Of a stretch of 64,000 nt of DNA, positions 31,475 to 45,594 are shown one piece after another. Source of the stretch: the human T2T-CHM13v2.0 reference genome, Homo sapiens. The position numbers were made by a program, and so were the translations under genes. The stretch lies in the NCBI RefSeq assembly GCF_009914755.1, contig NC_060929.1, one strand, 5' to 3'. Positions within the stretch are counted from its first letter, which is position 1, and each line of letters starts with the position of its first letter. The notes beneath the pieces are model-generated. The model did no database searches. It was given only the letters and a program-made list of their open reading frames with translations, and was not told the DNA's origin.

Positions 31475-33401
31475 AGAGCCTCTTAATGATGGGAATACAG
31501 TTGGCTATCTGATATAATTTGTTTGCAAGGGGCAGCCATCTGATTACTTTTAGAAACAAAAATGTCCTCTTTTATCATTACATATTGAATGCTTTTATCA
31601 AAATAGGACATGTAGCTATTAAATGTATACAAGTGTACAAATATTATGTATCCATTACACATTTTCTTGGTATTCACTTTTTCCAGTTTATTGAGAGACT
31701 CCAAAGATACATTTTTACATATTTAAGGATGTTAGACATCATTTTTTTTCTCACTTGACATATGGAATCCTCTAAAGTCACCACCTTGTTTATCATTATC
31801 ACTGAACATAGTCACAGGCTTGAGATTGTGCCAGGCATGCACAACTCTGTTTTTAGTCACTGTGTTCCAAGCATTGGCAACAGAATATATAGCATCCTTC
31901 ATGCTAAACTCCTTTGAGAACCTTTCACACCCATGCCTTTGTTTACTGCTGCTAGCAGGCATTCAAGAAAGTATTTTTATATTTACTTTTCATTGATCTA
32001 AGGATATCCTGGTCACATGGAATTAATGAAGTCACATTTGGGGAAAGTACATGGCATAAATATTATTTTTGATAAAAATTTTACCTGGAGAATGAGCAGA
32101 ACAGTTGTCAAGGAATTACAAAATCTTATAGTTATCATCCAGTCTGGCTTCCCTGCAGTGAGCATGAGCTGTTGGTACAACACATTTGTGAAACCTATCA
32201 GAAAAGATGGCTGTGGAGATTCATGCCTTTTTTAGCATAATTATAAACTGGTAAAAAATTTACTCCTTTAACACAAAGAGGACACAAGCTTATTCCTATC
32301 ACAGCAGGTTTATGCTTATGTATGCCTGTTGCATTAGCACATCCCAGCAATTATTCTATTCTTGGCGTTCTTAATTCCTAAAAAGGCTCTCTCATGAGCT
32401 GTTAATCAGTGTCTTTCTGGGGCAATAATACTGAAACAAAGATGTTTTGTCTGCTGTATAAACTTGTTATGGCATCAGACTTTTATCAGCGACGACCTGG
32501 CAAACCTGTCAATGAATCTGCTCCTTTGTGATCAGCAGATGCTTTATCACCACAAATTTTTAAAAATGTAATGCTATTATTTCTTAAATTTCTACAACCA
32601 TTCTGTTGAATATTCACAGTTCTTTTCAATTTTTAGTTAGTTGTGATAAATGTTTGCTTTTTTTATAATCTGCATACCATTAAGTGTCATGTGTTCACTG
32701 TGACAGTAACAGATTCACTATTTTAATACACAATCAAGGTCTTCATTTTTAGCATTATGCAGTGTTTTTCTATTTTTTTACTAACTTCTGTTTATCACTG
32801 TCATGATAGAACTTCGAGAATTTATCCTTCTGTTTCTTCTGGTCATATATGTTGGTCATTCTAACACAATACTTTTCCTTACAACATTTCATACTTATAC
32901 CCCAGTCCAATGTCTCCAACACCTTGATTTTCTGTACTATAGATGAATATAAATGCTTCCTCTTTTTCTTATCATTGTTACTCATAAGGGTATCTGTGGG
33001 CCTTTTTGATATTTTCAACAATATCTTTATACCACAAGCAAAAAAAAAATGCATGAAGTAATTCATGTAGGACTTAGCCCCACGTAGGGCATCATGGGAA
33101 CCGTCTGTTGGCATATCCAGCCTGGACATCTGCCATATTATTACCTTTTGTGAGAGTGCTCATGTGGAGGAATCTGGGCATTCAAGTAAAAGATACATTG
33201 CAGCTTAAGGGGTCTGGGAAGGTCTTTTTTTCCCTTGGGAATGTTGAATAAATTGTTTGTTGTGTGCATGCATTCTGACTGCCACCTGTAACATGAGGTC
33301 AGATGTGGAATTTTCTATTTGTTATGTGATGTCAGTGCTCAAAAAGTTTCAGCTGTGGAGCATTTTGGACTTCTGATTTTCAGATTAGAAATGCTCAATA
33401 T
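31475..33401 (-). mobile_element. Tigger4 (Zombi) DNA transposon with decayed pogo/CENP-B-like DDE transposase; 3' end missing
   Basis: Terminal sequence '...gagcattttggacttctgattttcagattagaaatgctcaa' (MER46/Tigger4 end); ORF 32770-33129 is an HTH_psq-like N-terminus (KKKRKHLYSSIVQKIKVLE); ORF 31732-31962 is the DDE_1 C-terminal part (FSMKDAIYSVANAWNTV). Confidence 0.85.
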
Positions 33402-33546
33402 CTATCAAACAAAACCATAAGCAGAATTACAGATTAAAAAAGAAAAACAGAATTAACAGTAAAAAATGCTTTCAAAATAAAAAGGATAACTTTAACTTAT
33501 ATATATTAGAAATGGACAGATCAAGCATATAAAACCAGAAAGGCTA

Positions 33547-35057
<1,511 letters not shown>

Positions 35058-35412
35058 AAAAAAGTTAAAAATTTAAAAAGTAGACAATATTTGAGCAAAA
35101 CCATTAGAAACAGAAAGAGGAGAAAAAAATGGAAAACTCTTCACCAAACTGAGACAGTACATTATTTTTAAGCAACTATATAGTATTTCTAAAAAATAGC
35201 AGCATAATACATTGCAAAAGAAAAATGAAAATTTAAAAACAATGACAACTCACACAATTTTCTTGTCCAACATTATTTAATTAGAATGAGTTAGATTTAA
35301 ATAAGAGGGATTATTTTCAGTAAGAATAATGTTATAATAATAGGAAATTGATAGAAGATTAGTTACAGTGATAATATTTACACTGATAACTTACAAAGAG
35401 CCCAGAAGCAGA

Positions 35413-35716
35413 CTTTTTTTTTTTTTTTTTTTTGAGACGGAGTCTCGCTCTGTCCCCCAGGCTGGAGTGCAGTGGCGCCATCTCGGCTCACTGCAAGCTC
35501 CGCCTCCTGGGTTCACCACCATTCTCCTGCCTCAGCCTCCCGAGTAGCTGGGACTACAGGCGCCCGCCACCACGCCTGGCTGATTTTTTGTATTTTTTAG
35601 TAGAGACGTGGTTTCACCGTATTAGCCAGGATGGTCTCGATCTCCTGACCTCGTGATCCGCCCACCTCGGCCTCCCAAAGTGCTGGGATTACAGGCTTGA
35701 GCCACTGCGCCCGGCC
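35413..35716 (-). mobile_element. AluY SINE (inserted in a MIR remnant)
   Basis: CpG-rich full dimer; TSD ccagaagc(a/t)gactttt on both sides. Confidence 0.96.
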
Positions 35717-35729
35717 CCAGAAGCTGACT

Positions 35730-35850
35730 TTTTAACTCCATTTAATGGATCAGAAATCTGAGTATAAAATAGGTGAAATAACTTGCCTAAAGTCACACAG
35801 GCAGAAATTAAACCTATATCTGTTGACTTCTGAATTTTTTCACCATAGAA
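35730..35850 (-). mobile_element. MIR fragment
   Basis: 'ccatttaatggatcagaaatctgag...aacttgcctaaagtcacacag' antisense MIR core. Confidence 0.6.
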
Positions 35851-35889
35851 GCATAAGCACGTTAATAGATTGAGAATTTTAAAACTACA

Positions 35890-38613
35890 ATTTTTAAATT
35901 AATAAACTTCATAAAGAGTTTAAGGTTCACAGTAAAATTGGGCAGGAAATACACAGAGTACAAATATAGCTCCTGTCCCCACACATGCACAGCCTCCCTA
36001 GTTGTGCATATCAACATCCTGCACCACCGTAGTACGTATTTTGTAATAGATGAACCTACGTTGATTCATCTCCATACATTACATTAGAGTTCACTGTTAG
36101 TGCTATGCATCCTATGGGTTTTGATAAATGTATAATAACATGTATTCACCACTGTAATAGCATACAGAATAGATTCACTGCCTTAAATCCTGTGTGCTTT
36201 CCCTATTTATCACTCCTTCCCTGCTAACTGCTAGAAACCACCGACCTTTTTACTGTCTCCATAATTTTTCCTTTTCCAGAAGCTCATATAGGTGGAATCA
36301 TATATATGTAACCTTTTCACTTTGGCTTCTTTCACTTATAAGATGCATTTAAGTTTCTTTCATGTCTTCCATGGCGTCATAGCTCATATTTTTTTAGTTC
36401 TGAATAATATTCCATTGTCAGATGTACCGCAGTTTATCCTTTCACCTTCTGAAGAACATTTTGGTTCCAAGTTTTGTCAATTATAAATAAGGCCGCTATA
36501 AACATTCATGTGCAAGTTTTTATGGGCCGTAAATTTTCAATTCATTTGGGTAAACAGCAAGGAGTGTAATTGTTGTATCATATTGTAAGACTATGTTTAG
36601 TTTTGTAAGAAACTGCCAAACTCTTTTCCAAAGTGGTTGTATCATTTTGCATTCCCACAAGAAATAAATGAGAGTTCCTGCTGTACCTCATCCTTTCTAG
36701 CATTTGGTGTTGTCAGTGTTCTGGATTTTGGCCATTCTAAAAGGTGAATAGTGATATCTCATTTTTTTTTATTATACTTTAAGTTCTAGGGTACATGTGC
36801 ACAATGTGCAGGTTTGTTACATATGTATACATGTGCCATGTTGGTGTGCTGCACCCATTAACTCATCATTTACATTAGGTGTATCTCCTCATGCTATCCC
36901 TCCCCCCTCCCCCCATCCCACAACAGGCCCTGGTGTGGGATGTTCCCCACCCTGTGTCCAAGTGTTTTCATTGTTCAATTCCTATACTATGCAGACATGA
37001 AAAAGGATGAATTCATGTCCTTTATAGGGACATGGATGAAGCTGGAAACCATCATTCTCAGCAAACTATTGCAAGGACAAAAAACCAAACACCGCAGGTT
37101 CTCACTCATTATTGTTTTAATTTGCATTTCCCAGATGACATATGATGTGGAACTTCGTTTTATATACTTATTTCCAATCTGTATACCTTCTTTGGTGAGG
37201 TGTCTGATCAGGTCTTTGGTTATTTTATTAATAAGTTGTTCGTTTTCTTATTAAAGTTTTAAATGTTATTTTGCATATTTTGGATAATAGTCTTTTGTGG
37301 GTCTCTTGAAAATATTTTTTCAGTCTGGTTTATCCTTCAATTCTCTTCAAAATATCTTTTACACAGCAGAAGTTTTCAGTTTTAAGAAGGCCCAACTTAT
37401 TCTTGCTTTCATGGATTGTGCCTTTAATATATATATAAAATGTCATAGCCATACCTGAGATCATATAGATTGTCTCCTATATTATACAGCTTTGCATTTT
37501 ACATTTAGGTTTATGACTCATTTTGAATTAATTTTTGTGAATGGTGTAGATTCTTTGTCTACATTTTTTTGAATGTGAATTTTCAGTTGTTTTAGCACTA
37601 TTTATTGAAAAGATTACCTTTGCTCCATCATACTGCCTTTGCTCTTTTGTCAAAGATCAGTAGGCTACATGTGGGTCTATTTCTGAGGTCTCTACTCTGT
37701 TCATGGATCTATGTGTTCATTTATTTGCCAGAATGCCATTTCCTTGAATACTGCAGCTTTACATTATGTATTGAAGTCAGTCAGTCATCTGTTCATCTCT
37801 TTCAATATTGAATTTGCTCTTCTGATCTTTTGCCTCTTTATATAAATTTTAGAATCAGTTTTTGATATCCACAAAATAACCTGCTAAGATATTGATTGGA
37901 ATTGAATAGAATCAAGAGATATAGTTGGAAAACACTGACATCTGGACAATTTTGAGTCTTACTATCCTTCAACATGGAATAATTTCTATTTATTTCTTCT
38001 ACCATTTTTCATCAGATTTTGTAGTTTTCCTCATATAGATCTTATACTGTATTTTTAGATTTATATCAAATTATTAGATATTTTGGGTGCTAATGTAAAT
38101 AGTATAGTGTTTTTAATTTCAATTTGCACTTGGCCTTTACTGACATATAGGAAAGTGGTTGGCTTTTATATATTAATATGTATTTTGTAAACTTGCTATA
38201 ATGACTTATTAGTTTCAGAAGGTCTTTTGTTGATTATTTTGAATTTTTACATTCATGTACATGTCATGTGAGAGAAAAAGATAACTTTATTTCTTCCTTC
38301 CCAATCAGTATAACTTTCCTTTTTGGTCTTATTGAATTAGTTAGGAATTCCAGTATGATGTTGAAAAACAGTGATGAGAGGAAATACCTTGATCCTGATA
38401 TTAGTGGGAAAGCTTCAAGTTTTCACCATTAAATACGATGCTAGCTGTAGGTAATTTGAAGATGTTCTCCAAGTTGAGGAAGTTCCCTTCTATTCCTAGT
38501 TATGATAGTAAATTGGTGTTAGATTTTGTCAAATGCTTTTTCTGCATCCATTGATATAGTCATGTGATTTTTCTCTTAACCTGTGGACATGGTGGATTAC
38601 ATTAATTGACTTT
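35890..38613 (-). mobile_element. L1MC1/2-like LINE-1, 3'UTR and ORF2 3' half
   Basis: 3' end 'aggttcacagtaaaattgggcaggaaatacacagag...ccccacacatgcacagcctccc'; collinear antisense ORF2 up to 'gtggattacattaattgacttt'. Confidence 0.85.
36762..37109 (-). mobile_element. Short L1PA4/5-like insertion with 5' inversion (36762-36982 antisense 3'UTR; 36984-37109 inverted)
   Basis: Poly-T plus attatactttaagttctagggtacatgtgcac..., then the opposite-orientation ORF2 end ([23 protein letters not shown]); ctcatt is duplicated at both ends. Confidence 0.92.
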
Positions 38614-38752
38614 AAACAATCACTTTCAGCTCAAAACTGGATGTTAGCATTTTAAAAAGATACTTTTGCTAAATTAAAAATAAACGCTAATTCCTTGTTG
38701 ATATTCAAACCCTTTGGAGGTGACAAATTTCAGAGAGGAACGGTTTGTAGGT

Positions 38753-39950
38753 TTTTTTGTTTTGTTTTAATCTTTAATTTTTGTGGGCACATAGTAGGTG
38801 TATATATTTATGGGCTATATGAGATATTTTGGCACAGGCATGCAATGTGCAATAATCAAATCATGGAAAGTTGGGTATCCATCTCCTCAAGAATTTATGC
38901 TTTGTGTTACAATCAAATTATACTCTTTTAGTTACTTTAAAATGTGCATTATTGACTATAGTCATACTGTTGTGCTATCAAATACTAGGTCTTATTCTTT
39001 CTAACTCTTTTTTTGTTTTTAACCCATTAACCATCCCCACCTCTACTGATCTTCCCACCCTTTGTAGCCTTTGGTAACCAACTTTTTACTCTATATCTCC
39101 ATGAGTTCAGTTGTTTTGATTTTTATCTCCTACAAATAAGTGAAACTATGCTATGTTTGTCTTTCTGTGACTGGGGTATTTTATTTAACATAATGTCTTC
39201 CATTTTCATCCATGTTGTTGCAAATGACAATATCTCATTCTTTTTTATGGCTGAATAGTACTCCATTATGTATATGTACTACATTTTATTTATCCATTTA
39301 TCTGTTGGTACACACTTAGGTTGCTTCCACATCTTGGCTATTGTGAACAGTGCTGCAACAAATATGGAGTGCAGATATCTCTTCAATATACTGATTTCTT
39401 TACTTTTGGGTATATATCCAGGAATGGTATTGCTGGATCATATGGTACCTCTATTTTTAGCTTTCTGAAGAACCTCCAAACTGTTCTCCATAGTGGTTGT
39501 ACTAATTTAAATTCTGACCAAGAGTATATGAAGGTTCCGCTTTCTCCACGTCCTCACCAGCATTTGCTAGAGCCTGACATTTGGATAAAAGCCATTTTAA
39601 CTGGGGTGAGATAATATGTCATTGTAGTTTTGATTTGCATTTCTTTGATGATTAATGATGTTGAGCACCTTTTCATATGCCTGGTTGCCATTTGTACATC
39701 ATCTTTTGAGAAATGTCCATTCAACTCTTTTGCCCATTTTCTGATCGGATTCAATTTTTTTCTATAGAGTTGTTTGAACTTCTTATATATTCTGGTTATT
39801 AATCCCTTGTCAGATGGGTAGTTTGTAAATATTTTCTCCCATTCTGTGGGTTGTCTGTCCTGTGGGTTGTCTCTTCACTTTGTTGATTTTTTTCCTTTGC
39901 TGTACAGAAACTTTTTGCCTTAATATGATCTCATTTGTCCATTTTTATAT
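38753..39950 (-). mobile_element. L1MA (1-4-like) 3' fragment
   Basis: 'ttaatttttgtgggcacatagtaggtgtatatatttatggg...caggcatgcaatgtgcaataatca' 3' end; ORF2 C-terminal remnant at 39554-39754. Confidence 0.88.
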
Positions 39951-40031
39951 TTTTTTTGTGTGTGTGTGTTTAGCTTTCTTAGTCACCCATTTTTTTGAAT
40001 TAATTTTTGTGAATGGTGTAGATTCTTTGTC

Positions 40032-43000
40032 TAGAGCTCTGGCATTGGCAAATTAATCATGATGTTTCTAGAAGTGAAATAGATAGGAAGCCTACTGCAT
40101 TCTTACCTAATTTGTATAAGCAGAAAACTTCTAGGTCGAGTGGAAAAAATACTAATTTGAATTATAAAAATAGAGAATCATGGGCCCTCAATCAATTTCC
40201 AGACTTGAATCAGTTTACAGTTTACAGACCCAGAACCCCTTGTGTGAAGGTGTCAGAGATGTGTGAACCAAAGTAACTCCATCTTAAATATTCGCTGGGT
40301 AAAATGAGACTGAAACATACTGGGCAGCATTCCCAGATGGTTAAGGCATTCGAAGGAAAAGGATGAGATATGAGGTCAGCACAAAGTAAAGGTCATAAAG
40401 ACCTTGCTGATAAAACAGCTTGCAGTAAAGGAGCCAGCCAAAACCCACCAAAACCAAAATGGTGACAAGAGTGACCTCTGGTCGTCATCACTGCTACACT
40501 CCGGAGCACCAGTGCCATGACATTTTACAAATGCCATGGCAATGTCAAGAAGTTACCCTATATGGTCTAAAAACGGGAGGCATGAATAATCCACCTCTTG
40601 TTTAGCATATCGTCAAGAAATAACCATAAAAATGGGCAACCAGCAGGCTTCAGGGCTGCTCTTTCTATGGAGTGGCCATTCTTTTATTCCTTTACTTTTT
40701 TAATAAATTTGCTTTTGCTTTGCACTGTGGACTCACCCTAAATTCTTTCTTGCATGAGACTCAAGAACCCTCTCTTGAGGTCTGGATTGGGACCGCTTTC
40801 CTGTAACAAAGGGAGGCTAGGTCCCCTTGAGGAAGGACCCCACTACCGACAGTTTATACTGTTAATCCTCCTCTCATCCTTCCCAAAGGAGACATCTGGC
40901 CTCTTAACCAGGGTAACTGTGCACTGGGGAAAGGGAAATAATCAGACCTTTCAAGGACTACTGGACACTGACTCTGAGCTGACGTTTGATTCTAAGGGAT
41001 GCAAAACATCATTGTGGTCCTCTAGTTAAAGTAGGGGCTTTTGGAAGTCAGGTAATTGAGTTTCAACTCAGGTCCAACTTACACTGGGGCCAGTGGGTCC
41101 CTGGGCTCATGCTGTGGTCACTTCCTCCAGTGCCAGAATGCATAATTAGCATAGACATACTTAGCAGCTGGGCAGAACCCCACATTGGCTCCATGACTGG
41201 TAGGGTCATGGCTATTATTGTGGAAAAAGCCAAATGGAAGCCGTCAGTACTGCCTCGACCTGGAAAAATAGTAAATCAAAAGCAATATCACATCTATGGA
41301 GGGATTGCAGAGATTAGTGCCACCATAAAGGACTTGAAAGACACATAGGTGGTGATTCCCACCACATCCCTGTTCAACTCTCCTATTTGGCCTGTGCAGA
41401 AGACAGATCTTGGAGGATGACAGTGGATTATTGTAAGCTAATCCAAGTGGTTACTCCAATTGTAGCTGCTGTACCAGATGTGGATTCATCGCTTGAGCAA
41501 ATTAACACATCTACTGGTACCTGGTTTATAGCCATTGATTTGGTGAATGCTTTTTTCTTCATTCCTGTCCATAAGGCCCACCAGAAGCAATTTGCCTTCA
41601 GATGGCAAGGCCAGCAATATACCTTCACTGTCCTACCTTAGGGGTATATCAACTCTCTGGCTTTGTGTCATAATCTTTTTTGCAGAGATTTTGATCACGT
41701 TTCCTTTCCACAAGATATCACGCTGGTTCATTACACTGATGACATTATGCTGATTGGATCCAGTAAGTGAGAAGTAGCAAACACACTGGACTTATTGGTG
41801 ACACATTTGCATGCCAGGGCATTGGAAATAATTCCAACTGAAATTCAGGGACCTTCTATCTCAGTAAAATTCTGGGGGTCCAGAGATGTGGGACCTGTCA
41901 AGATATTCCTTCTAAGGTGAAGGATAAATTGCTGCATTTGGCTCCTCCTACAACCAAGAAAGAGGCACAACGCCTAGTGGACCTATTTGGATTTTAGAGG
42001 CAGCATATTCCTCATTTGGGTGTGTTATTAAAGCCCATTTATCAAGTGACCCAAAAGGATGCCAGTTTCGAGTGGGGTCCAGAACAGAAGAAGGCTCTGC
42101 AACAGGTCCTCTGCTGTGGCAGTGCAAGCTGCTCTGCCACTTGGGCCATATAACTCAGCAGATCCAATGGTTCTTGATGTGTCAGTGGCAGATAGGGATG
42201 CTATTTGGAGCCTTTGACAGGCCCCCATAGGTGAATCACAGTGGAGGTCTCTAAGATTTTGGAGCAAGATCCTGCCATCTTCTGCAGATAACTACTCTCC
42301 TTTTGTGAGACAGCTCTTGACTTGTTACTGGGCTTTGGTGGAAGGAACGTTTGACTATGGGTCATCAAGTCAGCATATGACATGAACTGCATGTCATGAA
42401 CTGGGTGCTTTCTGACCCACCTAGCCATAAAGTTGGCCATGCACAGCAGCATTCCATCATCCAATGGAAGTGGTATACATATGATCTGGCTCGAGCAGGT
42501 CTTGAGGGCACTAGTAAATTACATGAGGAAGTGGCTCAAATGTCCATGGTCCCCACTCGTGCTACCATACCTTCTCCCCCCAGTCTGCATGGATGGCCTC
42601 ATGGAGAATTCCCTATGATCAACTGACAGAGAAAAGAAGACTAGGGCCTAGTTTACAGATGGCTCTGCATGATCTGCAGGCACCACCTGATAGTGGACAG
42701 CTGCAGCACTACAGCCCCTGTCTAGGGCATTCCTGTAGGACAGTGGCAAGGCAAAATCTTCTCAGTGGGCAGAACTTCGAGCAGTGCACCTGGTTGTACA
42801 CTTTGCTTGGAAGGAGAAATGGTCAGATATGCGGTTATATACTGATTCATGGACTGGAGCTAATTGTTTTGCTGTATGGTCAGGGACGTGGAAGAACCAT
42901 GAGTTGAAAATTGGTGACAAAGAAATTTGGGGAAGAGTTATATGAACGGACCTCTCTGAGTGTTCGAAAACTGTGAAGATGTTTGTATCTCATGTGAGTG

Positions 43001-44649
43001 CTCACCAAAGAGTGACCTCAGCAGAGGAGGATTTTAATAATCAAGTGGATAGAATATTTGTTCTTTGGACACCACTCAGCCTCTTTCCTCAGCCAACCCT
43101 GTCATCACGTAATGGGCTCATGATCAAAGTAGCCATGGTGGCAGGGATGGAGGTTACACATGGGCTCAGCAACATGGACTTTCATTCACCAAGCTGACCT
43201 GGCTACGACCACCTCTGAGTGCCCAATTTGCCAGCAGCAGAAACCAACACTGAGCCCTCAATATGACACCATTCCTCAGGGTGATCAACTAACTACTTGC
43301 TGGCAGGTTGGTTATATTTGACCACTTCCATCATGGAAAGGGCAGAGGTTTGTTCTCACTGGAATAGACACTTACTCTGGATATGGTTTTGCCTATCCCG
43401 CATGCAATGCTTCTGCCAAGACTATCATCCGTGGATGCACAGAATGCCTTATCCACTGTCATTGGTATTCCACATAGCATTGCCTCTGACCAAGGCACTC
43501 ACATTACGGCTAAAGAAGTGCAGTGGTGGGCTCATGCTCATGGAATTCCCTGGTCTTACCATGTTCCCCATCATCTTGAAGCAGCTGGATTGATAGATTG
43601 GTGGAATGGCCTTTTGAAGTTAAAATTACAATGCCAACTAGGTGACAATAGTTAGCAGGACTGAGATTAAGTTCTCCAGAAGGCCATATATTCTCTGAAT
43701 CAGTGTCCAATATATGGTACTGTTTCTCCCATGGATCAAGGAATCAAGGGGTGGAAGTGGAAGTGACACCACTCATCATCACCCCTAGTGACCCACTAGC
43801 AAAATTTTTGCTTCCTGTTCCCACAACATTACATTCTACTTACCTAGAGTCTTAGTTCAAGAGGGAAGAATGCTGCCACCAGTAGACACAACAATGATTC
43901 CATTTAACTGGAAGTTAAGATTGCCACTTGGCCACTTTGGGCTCCTCTTATCTCTAAGTCAACAGGCTAAGAAGAGAGTTACAGCGTTGGATGAGGTGAT
44001 TGACCCAGACTATCAAGATGAAATGAATCTACTACTCCACAATGGAGGTAAGGAAGAGTATGTATGAAATACAGGCGATCCCTTAGGACATCTCTTAGTA
44101 TTACCACGTCCTGTGATTAAGGTCAATGAGAAACTACAACAACTCAACCCACGCAGAATTACAAATGGCCAGACCCTTCAGGAATGAAGGTTTGGGTCAC
44201 CCCACCAGGTAAAAAACCATGACCAGCTGAGAAGGTGTTTGCTGTAGGCAAAGGGAATACAGAATGTGTAGTAGAAGAAGGTAGTCATCAATTCCAGCTA
44301 CAACCATGTAACCAGTTGCAGAAATGAGGACTGTAATTGTCATGAGTATTTCCTCCTTATTTTGTTAAGAACGTGTTTGTGCATTTATACACTTGTACTA
44401 AGAGAATATCTTTATTTTATTTCCTTTTTTTCTTTATCATGTGACATAAGATTTATTTACTTCATATCAGCATTTTAATGTTGTTAACTTTATGTAATAG
44501 CATTTAAGTTAAGGATCGGTGTGCTTCCAGTAGTACAAAGGAAAGCTGTATTATGTTAGGCATAATTATGACCTTATTATTGTCTTTATTTGAAGATTAT
44601 GTATGATTTCAGGAGATGTGTATGGGCTTAAGTTGACAATGGGTGGACT
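40032..44649 (+). mobile_element. HERV-L internal region (gag end, pro, pol, dUTPase), 5'-truncated and defective
   Basis: Protease-like LLDTDSELT; RT motifs WRMTVDYCKL, AIDLVNAFFFIPV and YTDD (41732-41743); integrase GIPHSIASDQGTH...AAGLIDWWNGLLK; dUTPase-like 43870-44067; no env; many stops and frameshifts. Confidence 0.93.
40251..40808 (+). mobile_element. MER41A ERV1 solo LTR nested in HERV-L
   Basis: tgtcagag...tgtaaca, 558 bp, 4-bp TSD aagg (40247-40250 / 40809-40812); AATAAA near 40703. Confidence 0.93.
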
Positions 44650-45198
44650 TGTGATGATTAATATTGAGTGTCAAGTTGATTGAATTGAAAGATGCAATGT
44701 ATCGTTCCTTCATGTGTCCGTGAGGGTGTTGCCAAAGGAGACTAACATTTAAGTGAGTGGACTGTGAGAGGCAGACCCACTCTCAATCGGGGTGGGCACC
44801 ATCTAATTAGCTGCCAGTGCAGCTAGAATAAAGTGAGCAGAAGAAGATCAAAAAAGCAGACTTGCTGAGTCTTCTGGCCTTCATCTTTCTCCTGTGGTGG
44901 ATGTTTCCTGCCCTCAAATATTGAACTCCAAGTTCTTAAGCTTTTGGACTCTTGTACATACACCAGTGGTTTGCCAGGGGCTCTTGGGTCTTTAGCCACA
45001 GACTGCAGGCTGCACTGTCAGCTTCCCTACTTTTGTGGTTTTGAGACTCAGACTAGCTTCCTTGTTCCTCAGCTTGCAGATGACCTATTGTGGCAGTTCA
45101 CCTTGTGATCAGGTGAGTCAGTACTCCTTAATAAACTCCTCTTTACATATACATCTATCCTATTAGTGTTGTACTTCTAGAGAACCGTGACTAATACA
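44650..45198 (+). mobile_element. MLT2A2-like 3' LTR of the HERV-L provirus
   Basis: Follows a purine tract (gggtggact); tgtgatg...ctaataca, ~549 bp. Confidence 0.9.
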
Positions 45199-45594
45199 GT
45201 TTGGATATTTGTTCCCTCCAAATCTCATGTTGAAATATAATTCCCATTGTTAGAGGTGGGTCCTGGTGGAGATGCTTAAATCATGTGTGCAGATATCTCA
45301 TGAATGGCTTAGTGCCATCCCCTTGGTGATGAATGAGTTCATAAAAGATCTCATTGTTTAAAAGTGTGTGGCACCTCCATGCTCCCTCTCTGTCTTCCAC
45401 TCTCACTATGTGATGTGTCCATTCTCTCTTTGTGTTCTGCCATGATTGTAAGGTTCCTGAGGCCTTTCCCAGAAGCAAATACTGAAGTCATGCTGTTACA
45501 GCCTACAGAGCAGTAAGCCAATTAAACCTCTTTTCTTTACAGATCACACAGCCTCTGTTATTTCTTTATAGAACTGTAAGAATGGCCTAATACA
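45199..45594 (+). mobile_element. MSTA-like 5' LTR (first ~7 nt missing or overlapped)
   Basis: 'gtttggatatttgttccctccaaatctcatgttgaaat...aattaaacctcttttcttta...ggcctaataca'. Confidence 0.88.

Noticed and set aside
40754-44067. Cluster of pro/RT/RNase H/integrase/dUTPase ORFs as a functional retroviral or domesticated gene
   Set aside because: Fragmented by many stops and frameshifts, with altered catalytic motifs (DTD, YTDD) and no 5' LTR.
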